A stretch of DNA of 63,572 nt, filler included, from Thraustochytrium aureum (Eukaryota), in assembly GCA_012862495.1 (NCBI GenBank). It is 6 parts of 5 records of this genome, joined end to end, with 100 filler letters (N's around TTAATTAATTAA, not from the genome) between each part and the next. Parts side by side here need not be neighbours in the genome. Positions count along the whole stretch, not along the records: positions 1 to 16,976 come from BLSG01000369.1; positions 17,077 to 29,179 come from BLSG01000369.1; 4 more parts are not named here. One strand, given 5' to 3'. Below are positions 11,618 through 23,032 of this stretch, piece after piece. Made by a program: the position numbers and the translations under genes. How positions within the stretch are numbered: the stretch's first letter is position 1; each line of letters begins with the position of its first letter. The notes under the pieces were generated by a model that was not told the DNA's origin, did not search any database, and saw only the letters and a list, made by a program, of their open reading frames with translations.

Positions 11618-13378
11618 CCTGCTCTATCGCNNNNNNNNNNNNNNNNNNNNNNNNNNNNNNNNNNNNNNNNNNNNNNNNNNNNNNNNNNNNNNNNNNNNNN
11701 NNNNNNNNNNNNNNNNNNNNNNNNNNNNNNNNNNNNNNNNNNNNNNNNNNNNNNNNNNNNNNNNNNNNNNNNNNNNNNNNNNNNNNNNNNNNNNNNNNNN
11801 NNNNNNNNNNNNNNNNNNNNNNNNNNNNNNNNNNNNNNNNNNNNNNNNNNNNNNNNNNNNNNNNNNNNNNNNNNNNNNNNNNNNNNNNNNNNNNNNNNNN
11901 NNNNNNNNNNNNNNNNNNNNNNNNNNNNNNNNNNNNNNNNNNNNNNNNNNNNNNNNNNNNNNNNNNNNNNNNNNNNNNNNNNNNNNNNNNNNNNNNNNNN
12001 NNNNNNNNNNNNNNNNNNNNNNNNNNNNNNNNNNNNNNNNNNNNNNNNNNNNNNNNNNNNNNNNNNNNNNNNNNNNNNNNNNNNNNNNNNNNNNNNNNNN
12101 NNNNNNNNNNNNNNNNNNNNNNNNNNNNNNNNNNNNNNNNNNNNNNNNNNNNNNNNNNNNNNNNNNNNNNNNNNNNNNNNNNNNNNNNNNNNNNNNNNNN
12201 NNNNNNNNNNNNNNNNNNNNNNNNNNNNNNNNNNNNNNNNNNNNNNNNNNNNNNNNNNNNNNNNNNNNNNNNNNNNNNNNNNNNNNNNNNNNNNNNNNNN
12301 NNNNNNNNNNNNNNNNNNNNNNNNNNNNNNNNNNNNNNNNNNNNNNNNNNNNNNNNNNNNNNNNNNNNNNNNNNNNNNNNNNNNNNNNNNNNNNNNNNNN
12401 NNNNNNNNNNNNNNNNNNNNNNNNNNNNNNNNNNNNNNNNNNNNNNNNNNNNNNNNNNNNNNNNNNNNNNNNNNNNNNNNNNNNNNNNNNNNNNNNNNNN
12501 NNNNNNNNNNNNNNNNNNNNNNNNNNNNNNNNNNNNNNNNNNNNNNNNNNNNNNNNNNNNNNNNNNNNNNNCGGACTCGGCGAGCTCGAAACCGAAAACG
12601 CGCGAACATGCAGACCGCCGAGCGGACCTGCGCCCCCTAGAGGAGAGCCTTCAAGCCCCCGGGCGCTTCCGACCACCTCTCCGCTGCTGCGTCACTCATT
12701 ATCCTGCTTGCTGATCTCTCTTCGCTCTGCACGAGAGCTCAGAGCAACGCGCGGCGGCTCGAGTACCTACTGTCGAGTACCTACCCGAGTACTCTACTCT
12801 TGGAGTAGAGTACAGTGTAAGAGCAGCGTTTTCCGCGGCTCCAGAGGTGTCCTGAGAGAGTAGTACACACTCCCACATCGCGTGCCCGCACTGGCAGCCT
12901 GAGGGTCTGGTGACGCGTGACGGTGATGGGCACGCCTCCCATGTACTTACTGAGTACTCCCCAAGACACCTCAGGGCGCTGCGCGTCGCCTTGGCTGCAA
13001 GCAGGATGAAATGCATCATGATGTTGAGCGCGCCACTGGACGTACAGTGCCATCCCCTAACTCGTCCTCTACAAGAGATAGTCGGATCCTCCTCGGTCAC
13101 GGCTCGTTCGATCATCCATTTTGAGGCGACGCAGCAGACCTGCAACACGTTCAACACGGCGTCGCGAGGACACGCGGGATCGACTGGCTGGCGAGAAGCA
13201 TAGAGCACAACAGGTTTCGAGGTAGAGCGTGGGCCACAACAAGACCTTGCACAGTAAAGGCACCTCACCTCGTCCAGCTCGCGCTGCTGCTAAAAGCAAA
13301 GGAGCAAGAGCGCAGCAGCTGGCGCAGGCCCACCAGCAGCAGCACCACCAGCCACCAGCACCACCAGCACCAGCAGGG

Positions 13379-14038
13379 ATGGATCAGCAAAAGGAGAATG
13401 CGGGACCAGAGAACCAGCGAGGTGCATCGCAGCAGACTGCGCAGCAGCCGTGCGAGCCTCAGAAGATTGTGCATCAGAGGCAAGCGCCGGCCCACCGCGA
13501 TATTAGCTTTTGGGTTTGCGAAATTGGCGAGCGCGACTGCCTGAAAAAACTCCGCCAGAAAGCCGTGGACCACGCGGTGCGCATGCAGTATATTCTGGGT
13601 GGCGCTACCGGGGACGAGATAAAAACTCTCACCGACAGCTTGCTTGCAGACAAGAAGGAGCGAGGAAAGCGTCGCCTCCTCGCGCTGTATGACAACACCC
13701 CCCTGCCAGCGGGCGAGACTTTGACCAAAGAGGAAGAAAGCCACTACAAAAGCGGGATATCCTCCATGAAGAGCATCATGGCCGATTACGAGGTCAAAAA
13801 GGAGCGCGACGCCTTCTTTATGGGTTTCTTGAAGTCGAGCAAAAGTACCGAGACGTCTTGGAGCAGCCTGCTGAGCGCGGCTCCTGATGATGCTGAAAGG
13901 TTTTGGTCATCTTTCGAAGGCTACCGCGACCAAAATGAGTTGTCATTTGCCGACGTAAAGGATCAAAAACGTGCGACGTGGTCGAACCGATTCGGAAGAT
14001 ACTCGGCGAACTCAGCGTCAAGTAGGACCCCAGGCTGA
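13379..14038 (+). CDS. Orphan Q-rich-N-terminus protein, paralog A
   Basis: ORF 13229-14038 (ATG at 13379) aligns with the paralog at 15618-16236 (ERDCLxKLRQxAVD, KKERGKRRLLAL, TPLPAGETLT). A 1-nt indel in the A-run at ~13965 shifts the tail relative to copy B. Confidence 0.55.
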   Translation: MDQQKENAGPENQRGASQQTAQQPCEPQKIVHQRQAPAHRDISFWVCEIGERDCLKKLRQKAVDHAVRMQYILGGATGDEIKTLTDSLLADKKERGKRRLLALYDNTPLPAGETLTKEEESHYKSGISSMKSIMADYEVKKERDAFFMGFLKSSKSTETSWSSLLSAAPDDAERFWSSFEGYRDQNELSFADVKDQKRATWSNRFGRYSANSASSRTPG

Positions 14039-14499
14039 CTTCTACCGTTCTGCAGTCCGTTTAGGTGAGGTGGTTGCCAGCGCAGTCGCTTCCTGTCTTT
14101 GCTCACTGTGGCGGTCACTGGTGCCTCCTTACAATGGTCAAGAAACGGCTTGGAACTGTTGAGCATGCATCGGTCAGCTTGCAAGGTCTTGGCACCCGAG
14201 TTCTAACGGGCACCTGCACAACGAGGTAGTTAGACGGACACCTTTGAACGCAAACAAGGCTTCACCAATGCGCATCTGCTTGTTGCGACGTCCGGTTTGC
14301 AACATAAGTCGCGAGCTGCTTGCAAACGCTGCAGCTGATCACAATCTGTCTCCCCGTTGCTCAGCATTGGAAAACAACCACGCGCTCGCGGAAGTTAAAG
14401 CCAGGTTGCGAGCCTCGTCTTAGCTCGGTCACGCGTAAGAGGGAAAGCAAGATCGTCTAGCTTACCTTCGCGCCTCTAGAGCTAGTCCACCGGTGGATG

Positions 14500-15154
14500 G
14501 AGCACGCAGGCTTCAGCTGGTTTTCTCCGGCTGCTCCACGAAGGGGTTGCTTGGTGCAACTGTTTCGATCTTCAGACTTTTGGTTGTTCGTCTGGTTCCA
14601 ATGGGACTGGCCGTCGGGCTTTCAGCACGCGGCCTCCGTCGCGCGCAGGGGCGTCCTGTCACTGGTTGCACCCAAACTCGTACACTTTCTCTCGGAGTTA
14701 ACCCAAACACCATGGAGTATCGTCAGATCCTCAGGCGGATACATCATGCTTACCGGTCTCTAGAGGCGACCCGCGCCACTACGCCTTGACCATCCATTTG
14801 ATTGAAAATCCATCCAGGTCTGCGTGGAGGGTCAACAAGAATGCGGCTCGCCAGCGACTAGCACGCCATCAAGTCGATCAGTTCACGGCGTCGCTCCTCG
14901 AGCAACCACCGCCGATGACCTGTGAAAGTTTGTGTCAGCTCGGCGACCAAAGTGGTCGCGACGACGCTAGGATCTTCGATCGATTGGACTCGAGTCAAGA
15001 GACGCTCGACGCTGCCTGTGCGCATACCTCTCGATCAAGAGGCAGCCTGTGCGCATGCTCGAGTGCCCCGACCAGCCCCGTACCAGTGACAACCAAACCA
15101 GGTTGGTGAAGAGCCTCACGGATGATCATCGTGCGATGGCGGCACTGGCAGGGC
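14500..15154 (+). mobile_element. Possible decayed CRE-like non-LTR retrotransposon fragment (pre-RT region)
   Basis: TRTLSLGVNPNTMEYRQILRRIHH resembles the 'L.S.G(V/L)AP.T......L...HP' motif upstream of RT in CRE-type elements. Reading frames are broken. Confidence 0.25.
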
Positions 15155-15617
15155 NNNNNNNNNNNNNNNNNNNNNNNNNNNNNNNNNNNNNNNNNNNNNN
15201 NNNNNNNNNNNNNNNNNNNNNNNNNNNNNNNNNNNNNNNNNNNNNNNNNNNNNNNNNNNNNNNNNNNNNNNNNNNNNNNNNNNNNNNNNNNNNNNNNNNN
15301 NNNNNNNNNNNNNNNNNNNNNNNNNNNNNNNNNNNNNNNNNNNNNNNNNNNNNNNNNNNNNNNNNNNNNNNNNNNNNNNNNNNNNNNNNNNNNNNNNNNN
15401 NNNNNNNNNNNNNNNNNNNNNNNNNNNNNNNNNNNNNNNNNNNNNNNNNNNNNNNNNNNNNNNNNNNNNNNNNNNNNNNNNNNNNNNNNNNNNNNNNNNN
15501 NNNNNNNNNNNNNNNNNNNNNNNNNNNNNNNNNNNNNNNNNNNNNNNNNNNNNNNNNNNNNNNNNNNNNNNNNNNNNNNNNNNNNNNNNNNNNNNNNNNN
15601 NNNNNNNNNNNNNNNNN

Positions 15618-16236
15618 CGAGCAACACCAACTCGAGCAAGCCCAGCAGCCTGCGCAGGCCCTGCAAGAGCAGCCAGAGCAGGAGCGACAGCCAGAACTGC
15701 AGGTTAAGCGGAAGGTGGAGTATTGGCTGGTCGAGTTCCACGAGCGCGACTGCCTGACAAAACTCCGCCAGCAAGCCGTGGATTGCGCGGAGCGCCTGCA
15801 GTATCGTCTGGGTGGCGCTAGCGAGCAAGAGGTCGAAACGCTCACCGACAGCTTGCCTGCGGAAAAGAAGGAGCGAGGGAAGCGTAGACTCCTCGCGTTG
15901 CATAACGAGACCCCTTTACCAGCGGGCGAGACGCTGACCGAAGAGGAGAAGAGTCGATGCGCCGCAGAGATGACATCCATGAAGAATATCATGGTCGATT
16001 ACGAGCTCAAAAAGGAGCGCAACGCCTTCTTTCTGCGTTGCTTGAAGCGCTTCGATCCCGAGATGACCAGTGCGGGCGACCTGTTGAGCAGGAATTCTGG
16101 CCTTGCTGAGTGCTTTTGGACGGTTTTCGAAGGCTTCCGCGACAACGGGAAATCATTTGCCGACGTGCAAGACAAAAAAACCTGCGACGTGGTCGAACCG
16201 ATTCGGGAGATTCTCGGTCGACTCAGCGTCAAGTAG
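15618..16236 (+). CDS. Orphan Q-rich-N-terminus protein, paralog B (5' end in gap)
   Basis: Clear nucleotide and protein similarity to 13379-14038. Confidence 0.55.
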
Positions 16237-16612
16237 GACTTCAGGCCGACTTTTTTCGTTCTGCAGTGCGTTCGGCCGAGGTGGGTTGCCCGCACCAACG
16301 AGGCTGCGTACCGCGGCGAGCTCGCCACTCCGCAATGACAATCGCCAGCTTCCACCTTTGTGAAAAAAGAAAACGCCCTTGTTCAACATGTTCTGGTGTG
16401 GTCCTCTCGCCCACCAAACCAAGCACGATTTGCGCACGAACCAACAACGACACCACCCTTGAGCCCAACAATCGGCGCGCAAGTATGTAGCAGCCAGGCA
16501 GCCAGTACCCTCCTCTACAGCTCGTGCTTGCGCTCGACCGAGACATGTTCTGTACCGGGAACAGTTCTCGACCACGCAGCCGAGCCAGAACAAGCAATTC
16601 GTCGGCGCAAAC

Positions 16613-16711
16613 GCAACGCAGCCAAGCCAGGCAACGCAACCAAGCAACGCAGCCAAGCCAGGCAACGCAACCAAGCAACGCAGCCAAGCCAAGCAACCAA
16701 GCCAAGCAACC
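16613..16711. repeat. 31-bp minisatellite (gcaacgcagccaagccaggcaacgcaaccaa) x2 plus degenerate partial copy
   Basis: Tandem units read directly at 16613-16643 and 16644-16674, decaying afterwards. Confidence 0.9.
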
Positions 16712-17020
16712 ATGTCGATAGCCATCCAGACTCCAGCTCCACGATGACATTGCACCAGCGGGTGGGCGAACAAGCGTCGTCTTCGCAGTCCTGGCCAGAG
16801 CTCGATTCGATCTTGCACGAATTGGCACATCGCAGGTCCAATCGCTTCGCATCCGCCCCGCGCAAAGCACCATCAGCAGCGCGGCAGCAGCAGCAGCAGC
16901 AGGGCTTTACGTCCAAGTGCGTTGCTCTGGCCATCGTGGCTCTGCTTTCGGGGCGGTTTGTTCCTTGTCGGGCTTCNNNNNNNNNNNNNNNNNNNNNNNN
17001 NNNNNNNNNNNNNNNNNNNN

Positions 17021-17032
17021 TTAATTAATTAA
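17021..17032. other. Artificial scaffold linker TTAATTAATTAA
   Basis: Flanked by 44 N on each side; gives stops in all six frames. Confidence 0.97.
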
Positions 17033-17076
17033 NNNNNNNNNNNNNNNNNNNNNNNNNNNNNNNNNNNNNNNNNNNN

Positions 17077-17370
17077 CCGACCCCGGAGCTGGTCAAAATC
17101 TCGGACCGGTCGTCGCTTGTGTTGGATGGCGACATTGTCGTCGAGAAGCTCGACCTGGACGGCGACCTTCGGATCCACGCTGGGCCGGGGGCACGCATTG
17201 TGGTGCGGAGCTTGACGCTCTCCAACCAGGGCGTCGAGTTTGTCAAGGTGGACCCCTCGGACGCCTCTGTTAGCGAGGCGCTGCGGATCCGGGGCTTCGC
17301 CAAGAGCGAGCTGGAGAGCCTCGTGATCAACCAGAGCGACCCGGGCGAGACAGTCATCGAGCGTCCCTGA
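17077..17370 (+). CDS. USP: UDP-sugar pyrophosphorylase, C-terminal fragment (5' truncated)
   Basis: VKISDRSSLVLDGDIVVEKLDLDGDLRI...SEALRIRGF matches the C-terminal beta-helix region of USPase. Confidence 0.8.
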   Translation, partial: PTPELVKISDRSSLVLDGDIVVEKLDLDGDLRIHAGPGARIVVRSLTLSNQGVEFVKVDPSDASVSEALRIRGFAKSELESLVINQSDPGETVIERP

Positions 17371-17677
17371 GCAAGCGCCGCGAGGCGGTTCCCCGAAGCC
17401 AAGGCATAGATTCAGCAAGCACGCTGTCGTTGGCAATGAAAACGTGCCGGGTCTGGCCGTAGGTCGCCCGTGCGTGGCAGAGGACCGGAATTAGGTTGCG
17501 TTGCGCGCGAGCCCCTGCCGCCCTGTGGCCGTCGACTCGCTGGCCGCACAAGCGAAACGTTTAGAAAGAAAAGAAAAAGGCAGCGCGCGCACTGCCTACT
17601 TCGGCAGTTTGCTTTTCGCTTTTCCTTAGCTTTGGAGTGTTAGAGGGCTTGCAAGGCCGGCGGGCCCAAACAGTCCA

Positions 17678-18442
17678 TCACGCGGACTTGAGGTTGATCG
17701 CGGGCTTGGTCGACGGCTGGTACGATCCGAGGAGCCGGTCGAACCACATCGAGTACTGCGCGTAGTTGGACTGCGGAATGTGGTGGTGCTTGTCGTGCGC
17801 GCGCACGTTGTAAAACAACGGGATGTCAATGTCCAGCCGCGTGTGGTTGAGCGAGGCAAGGACGCCTCCAATCGCCATGAACGCGAGCACAGTCGCCGCG
17901 TGGGAGGGCACCAGGTAGACGCACAGCAAGTGGATGTACTCGCCCAGCACAAACTCGACCGGGTGGGTGTTGGACGCGTCGAGGTTGCCGCGCGCAGGAG
18001 CCGCGTTGGAGTGGTGGTGCTTGTGAATCCACTTGTACACGCCGCGCACGTGCAGAAAGGCGTGGAAGGGCACGTAGACGAGGTCGTACAGCATAAACAG
18101 TGCCACCAGCGAGCCGAGCGTGTTGGCGAGCGTCGCCTCCTCCAGGCCCCACACGATGTGCCCCTCGGCGCGCCAGGCGAACCGAAACATGTGGTAGGTC
18201 ATGACAGGCACCGAGAACCGGTTGATGTACACAAACGCCCAGTCCTTCCACCCGAAGCTCTCCAAAAACCTCCCGCTCTCCGGGATGCGCTGGTACGACA
18301 CCGACGCGATCGCCATGATCAAATAATGCAGCAGCTCCTGGCCGGCAACCACCGTCATCCAGTACGCCGCCAGCTGCCCGGCGCTCCACGTTGCCCAGTC
18401 GCTGGGGTCAAACGCCGCCATTGTCGCATTCCCGCCCACCAT
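17678..18442 (-). CDS. Fatty acid hydroxylase / sterol desaturase superfamily protein
   Basis: His boxes HAFLH, HKHHH, HPVE, NH and HDKHH; NYAQYSMWFDRLLGS; hydrophobic segments. Confidence 0.9.
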   Translation of the reverse strand: MVGGNATMAAFDPSDWATWSAGQLAAYWMTVVAGQELLHYLIMAIASVSYQRIPESGRFLESFGWKDWAFVYINRFSVPVMTYHMFRFAWRAEGHIVWGLEEATLANTLGSLVALFMLYDLVYVPFHAFLHVRGVYKWIHKHHHSNAAPARGNLDASNTHPVEFVLGEYIHLLCVYLVPSHAATVLAFMAIGGVLASLNHTRLDIDIPLFYNVRAHDKHHHIPQSNYAQYSMWFDRLLGSYQPSTKPAINLKSA

Positions 18443-19205
18443 CCCGCCAGCACCCAAAACCAAACGCCGCCACAAACTCCGCGAGCGAGCCTGAAGGCAG
18501 CAGCAGATCGAGCCCCAATCGAGTCGCCAACCTGCTNNNNNNNNNNNNNNNNNNNNNNNNNNNNNNNNNNNNNNNNNNNNNNNNNNNNNNNNNNNNNNNN
18601 NNNNNNNNNNNNNNNNNNNNNNNNNNNNNNNNNNNNNNNNNNNNNNNNNNNNNNNNNNNNNNNNNNNNNNNNNNNNNNNNNNNNNNNNNNNNNNNNNNNN
18701 NNNNNNNNNNNNNNNNNNNNNNNNNNNNNNNNNNNNNNNNNNNNNNNNNNNNNNNNNNNNNNNNNNNNNNNNNNNNNNNNNNNNNNNNNNNNNNNNNNNN
18801 NNNNNNNNNNNNNNNNNNNNNNNNNNNNNNNNNNNNNNNNNNNNNNNNNNNNNNNNNNNNNNNNNNNNNNNNNNNNNNNNNNNNNNNNNNNNNNNNNNNN
18901 NNNNNNNNNNNNNNNNNNNNNNNNNNNNNNNNNNNNNNNNNNNNNNNNNNNNNNNNNNNNNNNNNNNNNNNNNNNNNNNNNNNNNNNNNNNNNNNNNNNN
19001 NNNNNNNNNNNNNNNNNNNNNNNNNNNNNNNNNNNNNNNNNNNNNNNNNNNNNNNNNNNNNNNNNNNNNNNNNNNNNNNNNNNNNNNNNNATCGGCGTAT
19101 TTCGATGTATAGAGGGCCAGGCGAGATAGAGGAAGAGATGTCCGTTCAGGCGCCGCGTCAATGCGCAATGCGCTGGGCGCCGCGCAGTGCATCGTGCGTC
19201 TCGTG

Positions 19206-19380
19206 CTCGCGGAGACCTGGCGGGCTGCGCTCGGCTCGTGGAGCAAAGCGTCGGGACGTCGGCTTCTAGGCGTGGGTTTTGGGCGCCCACCGTTTGCTCG
19301 AAGACCGGCTTGGCGGCCTCGCTGTTGCGCTTGGCCGCGCGCGTCTCGCGGAGACCTGGCGGGCTGCGCTCGGCTCGTGG
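19206..19380. repeat. 36-bp perfect direct repeat (19206-19241 and 19345-19380) in divergent intergenic region
   Basis: ctcgcggagacctggcgggctgcgctcggctcgtgg occurs twice, 139 bp apart. Confidence 0.85.
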
Positions 19381-19667
19381 CCGTCGATCGGAGCGTCGTG
19401 GACGTCGGATTTGCGCTGGGCGTTGCTAGAAGGTTTTTGGCAGCGTCGCTGGCCCTCTTGGCTGCGGGTGCGCGCGGAGACGCCCTTGACGCGCTGGATC
19501 GAGCTGCTCGCGCACTCGCGCAGCTCTGGTCGAGGTGAAAAGTGGCGACTGGAAGCTCGCCGGCTGGCTGGCTGGCTGGCTGGCGCGGGTTGCGGGAGGC
19601 CGCTCGTGGAGTTTTGGGCGCGTCGCGTCGCGTCGCGGGGACGGGCGATGGAGGATCGCGCGAGACC

Positions 19668-22600
19668 ATGGACAACACAACCTTCACGGTCGCGGAACAA
19701 GCGGCTTGCGCCAGGGATACCCAGGGGCTAAAAAGCTCCCTGCCAAGCTGCGAACCGTCGTGACCGCCTCCGGAGCAAGCGTGCACGAGACTTGCAAGAC
19801 GCTGGAAGAGGTGGTCTTGCTCCGTCGATTCGAGGGCTCCATTGCGCCGTCAAAGGTCGGGGCGTTTGCAGACAAGATCGTGGACAGGACCGCCCACGCA
19901 GACTGGCGTACGCCAAACGCAAGCCATCGGACACGCAACACGCGCGGGACAACAATACCGTATCTCTCGCCCAACTGCGATCCGCGACATGTGGACCCAG
20001 AGGCGTTTGCAATGGTGCCCCTATGAAGGCCGCAAAGGTGGGAACAACAACTTTGAAGACCAGACACTGACATGCGAGCGGAAACGCGGGAACGCCTCGC
20101 CCCGCAGAAAACGCCCGTCAGCTTCGTCCGCGGCGGTCCTAAAGTTGCGCGACCAGCTCGAGAGCGTTCTTGAGCGCCTCGAGTACTTGGAGCGCGAGCA
20201 CGAGAGGAAAGCGGCAGCTCTCGCCGGCGAAACCCGCAGCGCTGCCTGCCCGGCCGCTGAGACGGGCGAGGTGAGGCGCGCGAGCGCGTACGAAGCCCAT
20301 TCACGCGAGAAGGAAGAGATGGTGATTGTTATGGACGGGATCCAAGACACCATTCTGCGGCTCGAAATGACGCTGAGTACAAGCGAGCAGGAGGCCATTC
20401 TGCGGGAAGAAAAGTACATNNNNNNNNNNNNNNNNNNNNNNNNNNNNNNNNNNNNNNNNNNNNNNNNNNNNNNNNNNNNNNNNNNNNNNNNNNNNNNNNN
20501 NNNNNNNNNNNNNNNNNNNNNNNNNNNNNNNNNNNNNNNNNNNNNNNNNNNNNNNNNNNNNNNNNNNNNNNNNNNNNNNNNNNNNNNNNNNNNNNNNNNN
20601 NNNNNNNNNNNNNNNNNNNNNNNNNNNNNNNNNNNNNNNNNNNNNNNNNNNNNNNNNNNNNNNNNNNNNNNNNNNNNNNNNNNNNNNNNNNNNNNNNNNN
20701 NNNNNNNNNNNNNNNNNNNNNNNNNNNNNNNNNNNNNNNNNNNNNNNNNNNNNNNNNNNNNNNNNNNNNNNNNNNNNNCAAGAGGCTTTATTCAGCGCCG
20801 CCGATTCGCCCGGCTCGTTGGCGCATCCAAAACTGGCGCGAACGAAATGGGGCCGCCCTCGTTCGGGAGCGTGTGGAAAGGCACTTGCGCGAGCGCGCCG
20901 AGATGCGGTTCCGCATCGCAGACCACGCGATCAAGCGACGCGAACGATGCAAAGAGGTCCACTTCCTCGCCCTGCACGAGTACGCCAAGTCGACCCGTGG
21001 GGAGCGCACCCGTATCGTTGAGGGCGCCGCCGCCCTGCGCAGCTCGATCGAGTGGGCCATCGCGCAATCCTGCTTTGCGCAATGGGCCGACGTCGCAAAT
21101 GGGCCGCGGTCGCGGAAAAAGGTCCGCGCAACTTACATGCGGAGGTACACGGAGACGCGCGACCGCCTCCTCGCGCGGAACAACGCAAAGCCGGCCGCGC
21201 AGAGGGCCATTGTGGGGCGCGACGTGATCGTGGAGGCTATGAACGCCGATGCGGAGCGCATCATAGAGCAGCGCAAAACCTTTCACGCCCAACGCATCGC
21301 CTTCACAGCATGGGCGCAAGACTACATGTTCAACTATGTGCAACAGAAAAAGCGGGCCGATCGGCACTGGCAGCTCCAGCGCTTTCCGCGGTTTTTCACC
21401 GCCTGGAAATCCTTTGTCGAGATTTCGCAGAGCGAAGCCAAGGTAGCCCTCTCCTACAACACTGAGCGCTTCGACGCGACGCACAACGACAGAGTTGTCG
21501 AGAACTTTTCCAGGCGCTTGCGCCTCCGCAAGTTTCTCAGGGCGTGGACAAAGCTCGCCGAGCAGAACAAGCAAGTTCGACAGCGCTTCCAGAGCATCCT
21601 GTTGCGGAGACTCAGGGCCGTGTTTGGGGCCTGGCGGACGCGGGCCCGCTTCCAGCACCAAGTCCGGGCGCTCTGCGTGGCCGAGTGGCGGGACCTGGGC
21701 CAGCGGCGCCGCCAGATCCCCTTTCGGGCTTGGTACATCTACACGCAGAGGGCGCGCCAGCAGCGCATGACGCAGACGGTCTTACTCGGCGCGTTTGAGC
21801 GCCGGAAACGCCGCCTCCTGCTCTCGCGCATGTTTCGAGTGTGGAGCCACAAGGCGATCTATGGCAAGGTCGGGGGACTGCACTCGCGCGGTGAGCTCAT
21901 CAAGGCCCTCGAGACCCAAAAGCAGATGGTGCTTGCCATGCAGGCCGGCTCGGAGCAGCAAAAGCACACCATACAGGAGATCGAGGCGGCTCTAGCCAAG
22001 GAAAGCACGCGCACCTCGGAGCTGCAGCTCACGATCTCCAATCGAGACGAGGAGATTATCAAGCTCCAATTTGCGCAGCACCAACTCGAGGCGGAGGTCG
22101 TCCGGCTCCAGTCGCTGTTTGACTCGATGAGCCTCATCCACCCCGGAACGGCAAAGCGGCTCCTCGCAACGGAGCGGGATCTGCTCCGCCCCGTTCCAAG
22201 ACAAGGGCGTCGGCCAAGTTGCTCGGCGCGCGGGGCAGAAATCAAAGATGATCAACAACGCCGCAGCTGCACCAACCGCCGCGGCGCTTCCAAAGGGCTC
22301 CGAGCGATCGATGTCGGGTCGGTGCGCGCGCTGCGGAGCAAACCCGGACGATCCTGCCGTAAAGCCGCTCTCGGCCCGCCTTGCAGCCCGGCCGCCGCTC
22401 GCGCTTGAGGACAAGGCTGCAGATGGGGCTGGCGTTGGTGGCGAGCACAAGTCGCGGTCTGCGGCCAACCTGGACAACATCGTGTGGGTGACAAACCGGG
22501 ACGCGCAAATGATCTTGCGGGCAGAGTGGGCCCAAAAGAAGGTCCAGTCCCTTGCACGGAGGAGAGCAGACAAGAGTGAGGATGCCCTGAACGCGCAGCT

Positions 22601-22982
22601 TTCGCCGGACGAGGCGCTCCTCGAGCTCCGCAACCTCCGCGCCGTCTTGGCGTTTGTGTTTTCAGGCGACAAGGACGCGCTGCACTACTTTGTAGCAGAG
22701 AGGCGCGCAAACCACGGCGTGGAGGCGGGCATCGTGAAAGACTCTAGGGCAGTCAGAGCGTCGGCTGCGCTGACCAACTTGGCGCACGCGCAGCTCCACA
22801 GCGCTTCGAGCTGGAACGACTTTTTGCAGGGCATCGAGCGACATTTCCCGCTTTTACATCCCGTAAATGACGATTCAAAGAAGGCGCTTGCGCGGCGCAT
22901 CAACGAGGCAAAGACAAACGTCCGTCAGGGCCGTTTGCGCGGCGCCGCGAGGCAGCGAACGAATGTGTACGCTGACCCTTGA
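19668..22982 (+). CDS. Coiled-coil protein with Sfi1-like Trp-spaced repeats (gap and frameshifts)
   Basis: Repeated F..W motifs (CFAQW, AFTAW, FFTAWK, FLRAW, VFGAWR, PFRAW, MFRVW) followed by heptad coiled coil. Joined from ORFs 19535, 19842, 20873 and 22248. Confidence 0.6.
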
Positions 22983-23032
22983 GGGTGTGCAGGGAGACGA
23001 ACTACAAACAACTATTTCATCAGAACAGATTC

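Noticed and set aside
12789..12830. Helitron 3' end
   Set aside because: The hairpin is not GC-rich, no CTRR terminus is evident at the expected distance, and there is no Rep/helicase.
11494..12863. Long ORFs spanning N gaps (also 47577-48842, 44663-45877)
   Set aside because: Their length is an artefact of the N runs.
16613..16711. CRISPR-like array
   Set aside because: Head-to-tail repeats without unique spacers, no cas genes, and a eukaryotic context. The same applies to 49886-49943.
17021..17032. TTAATTAATTAA as piggyBac TTAA target sites or a biological repeat
   Set aside because: Always centred in exactly 100 bp of N padding; it is a synthetic six-frame stop linker.
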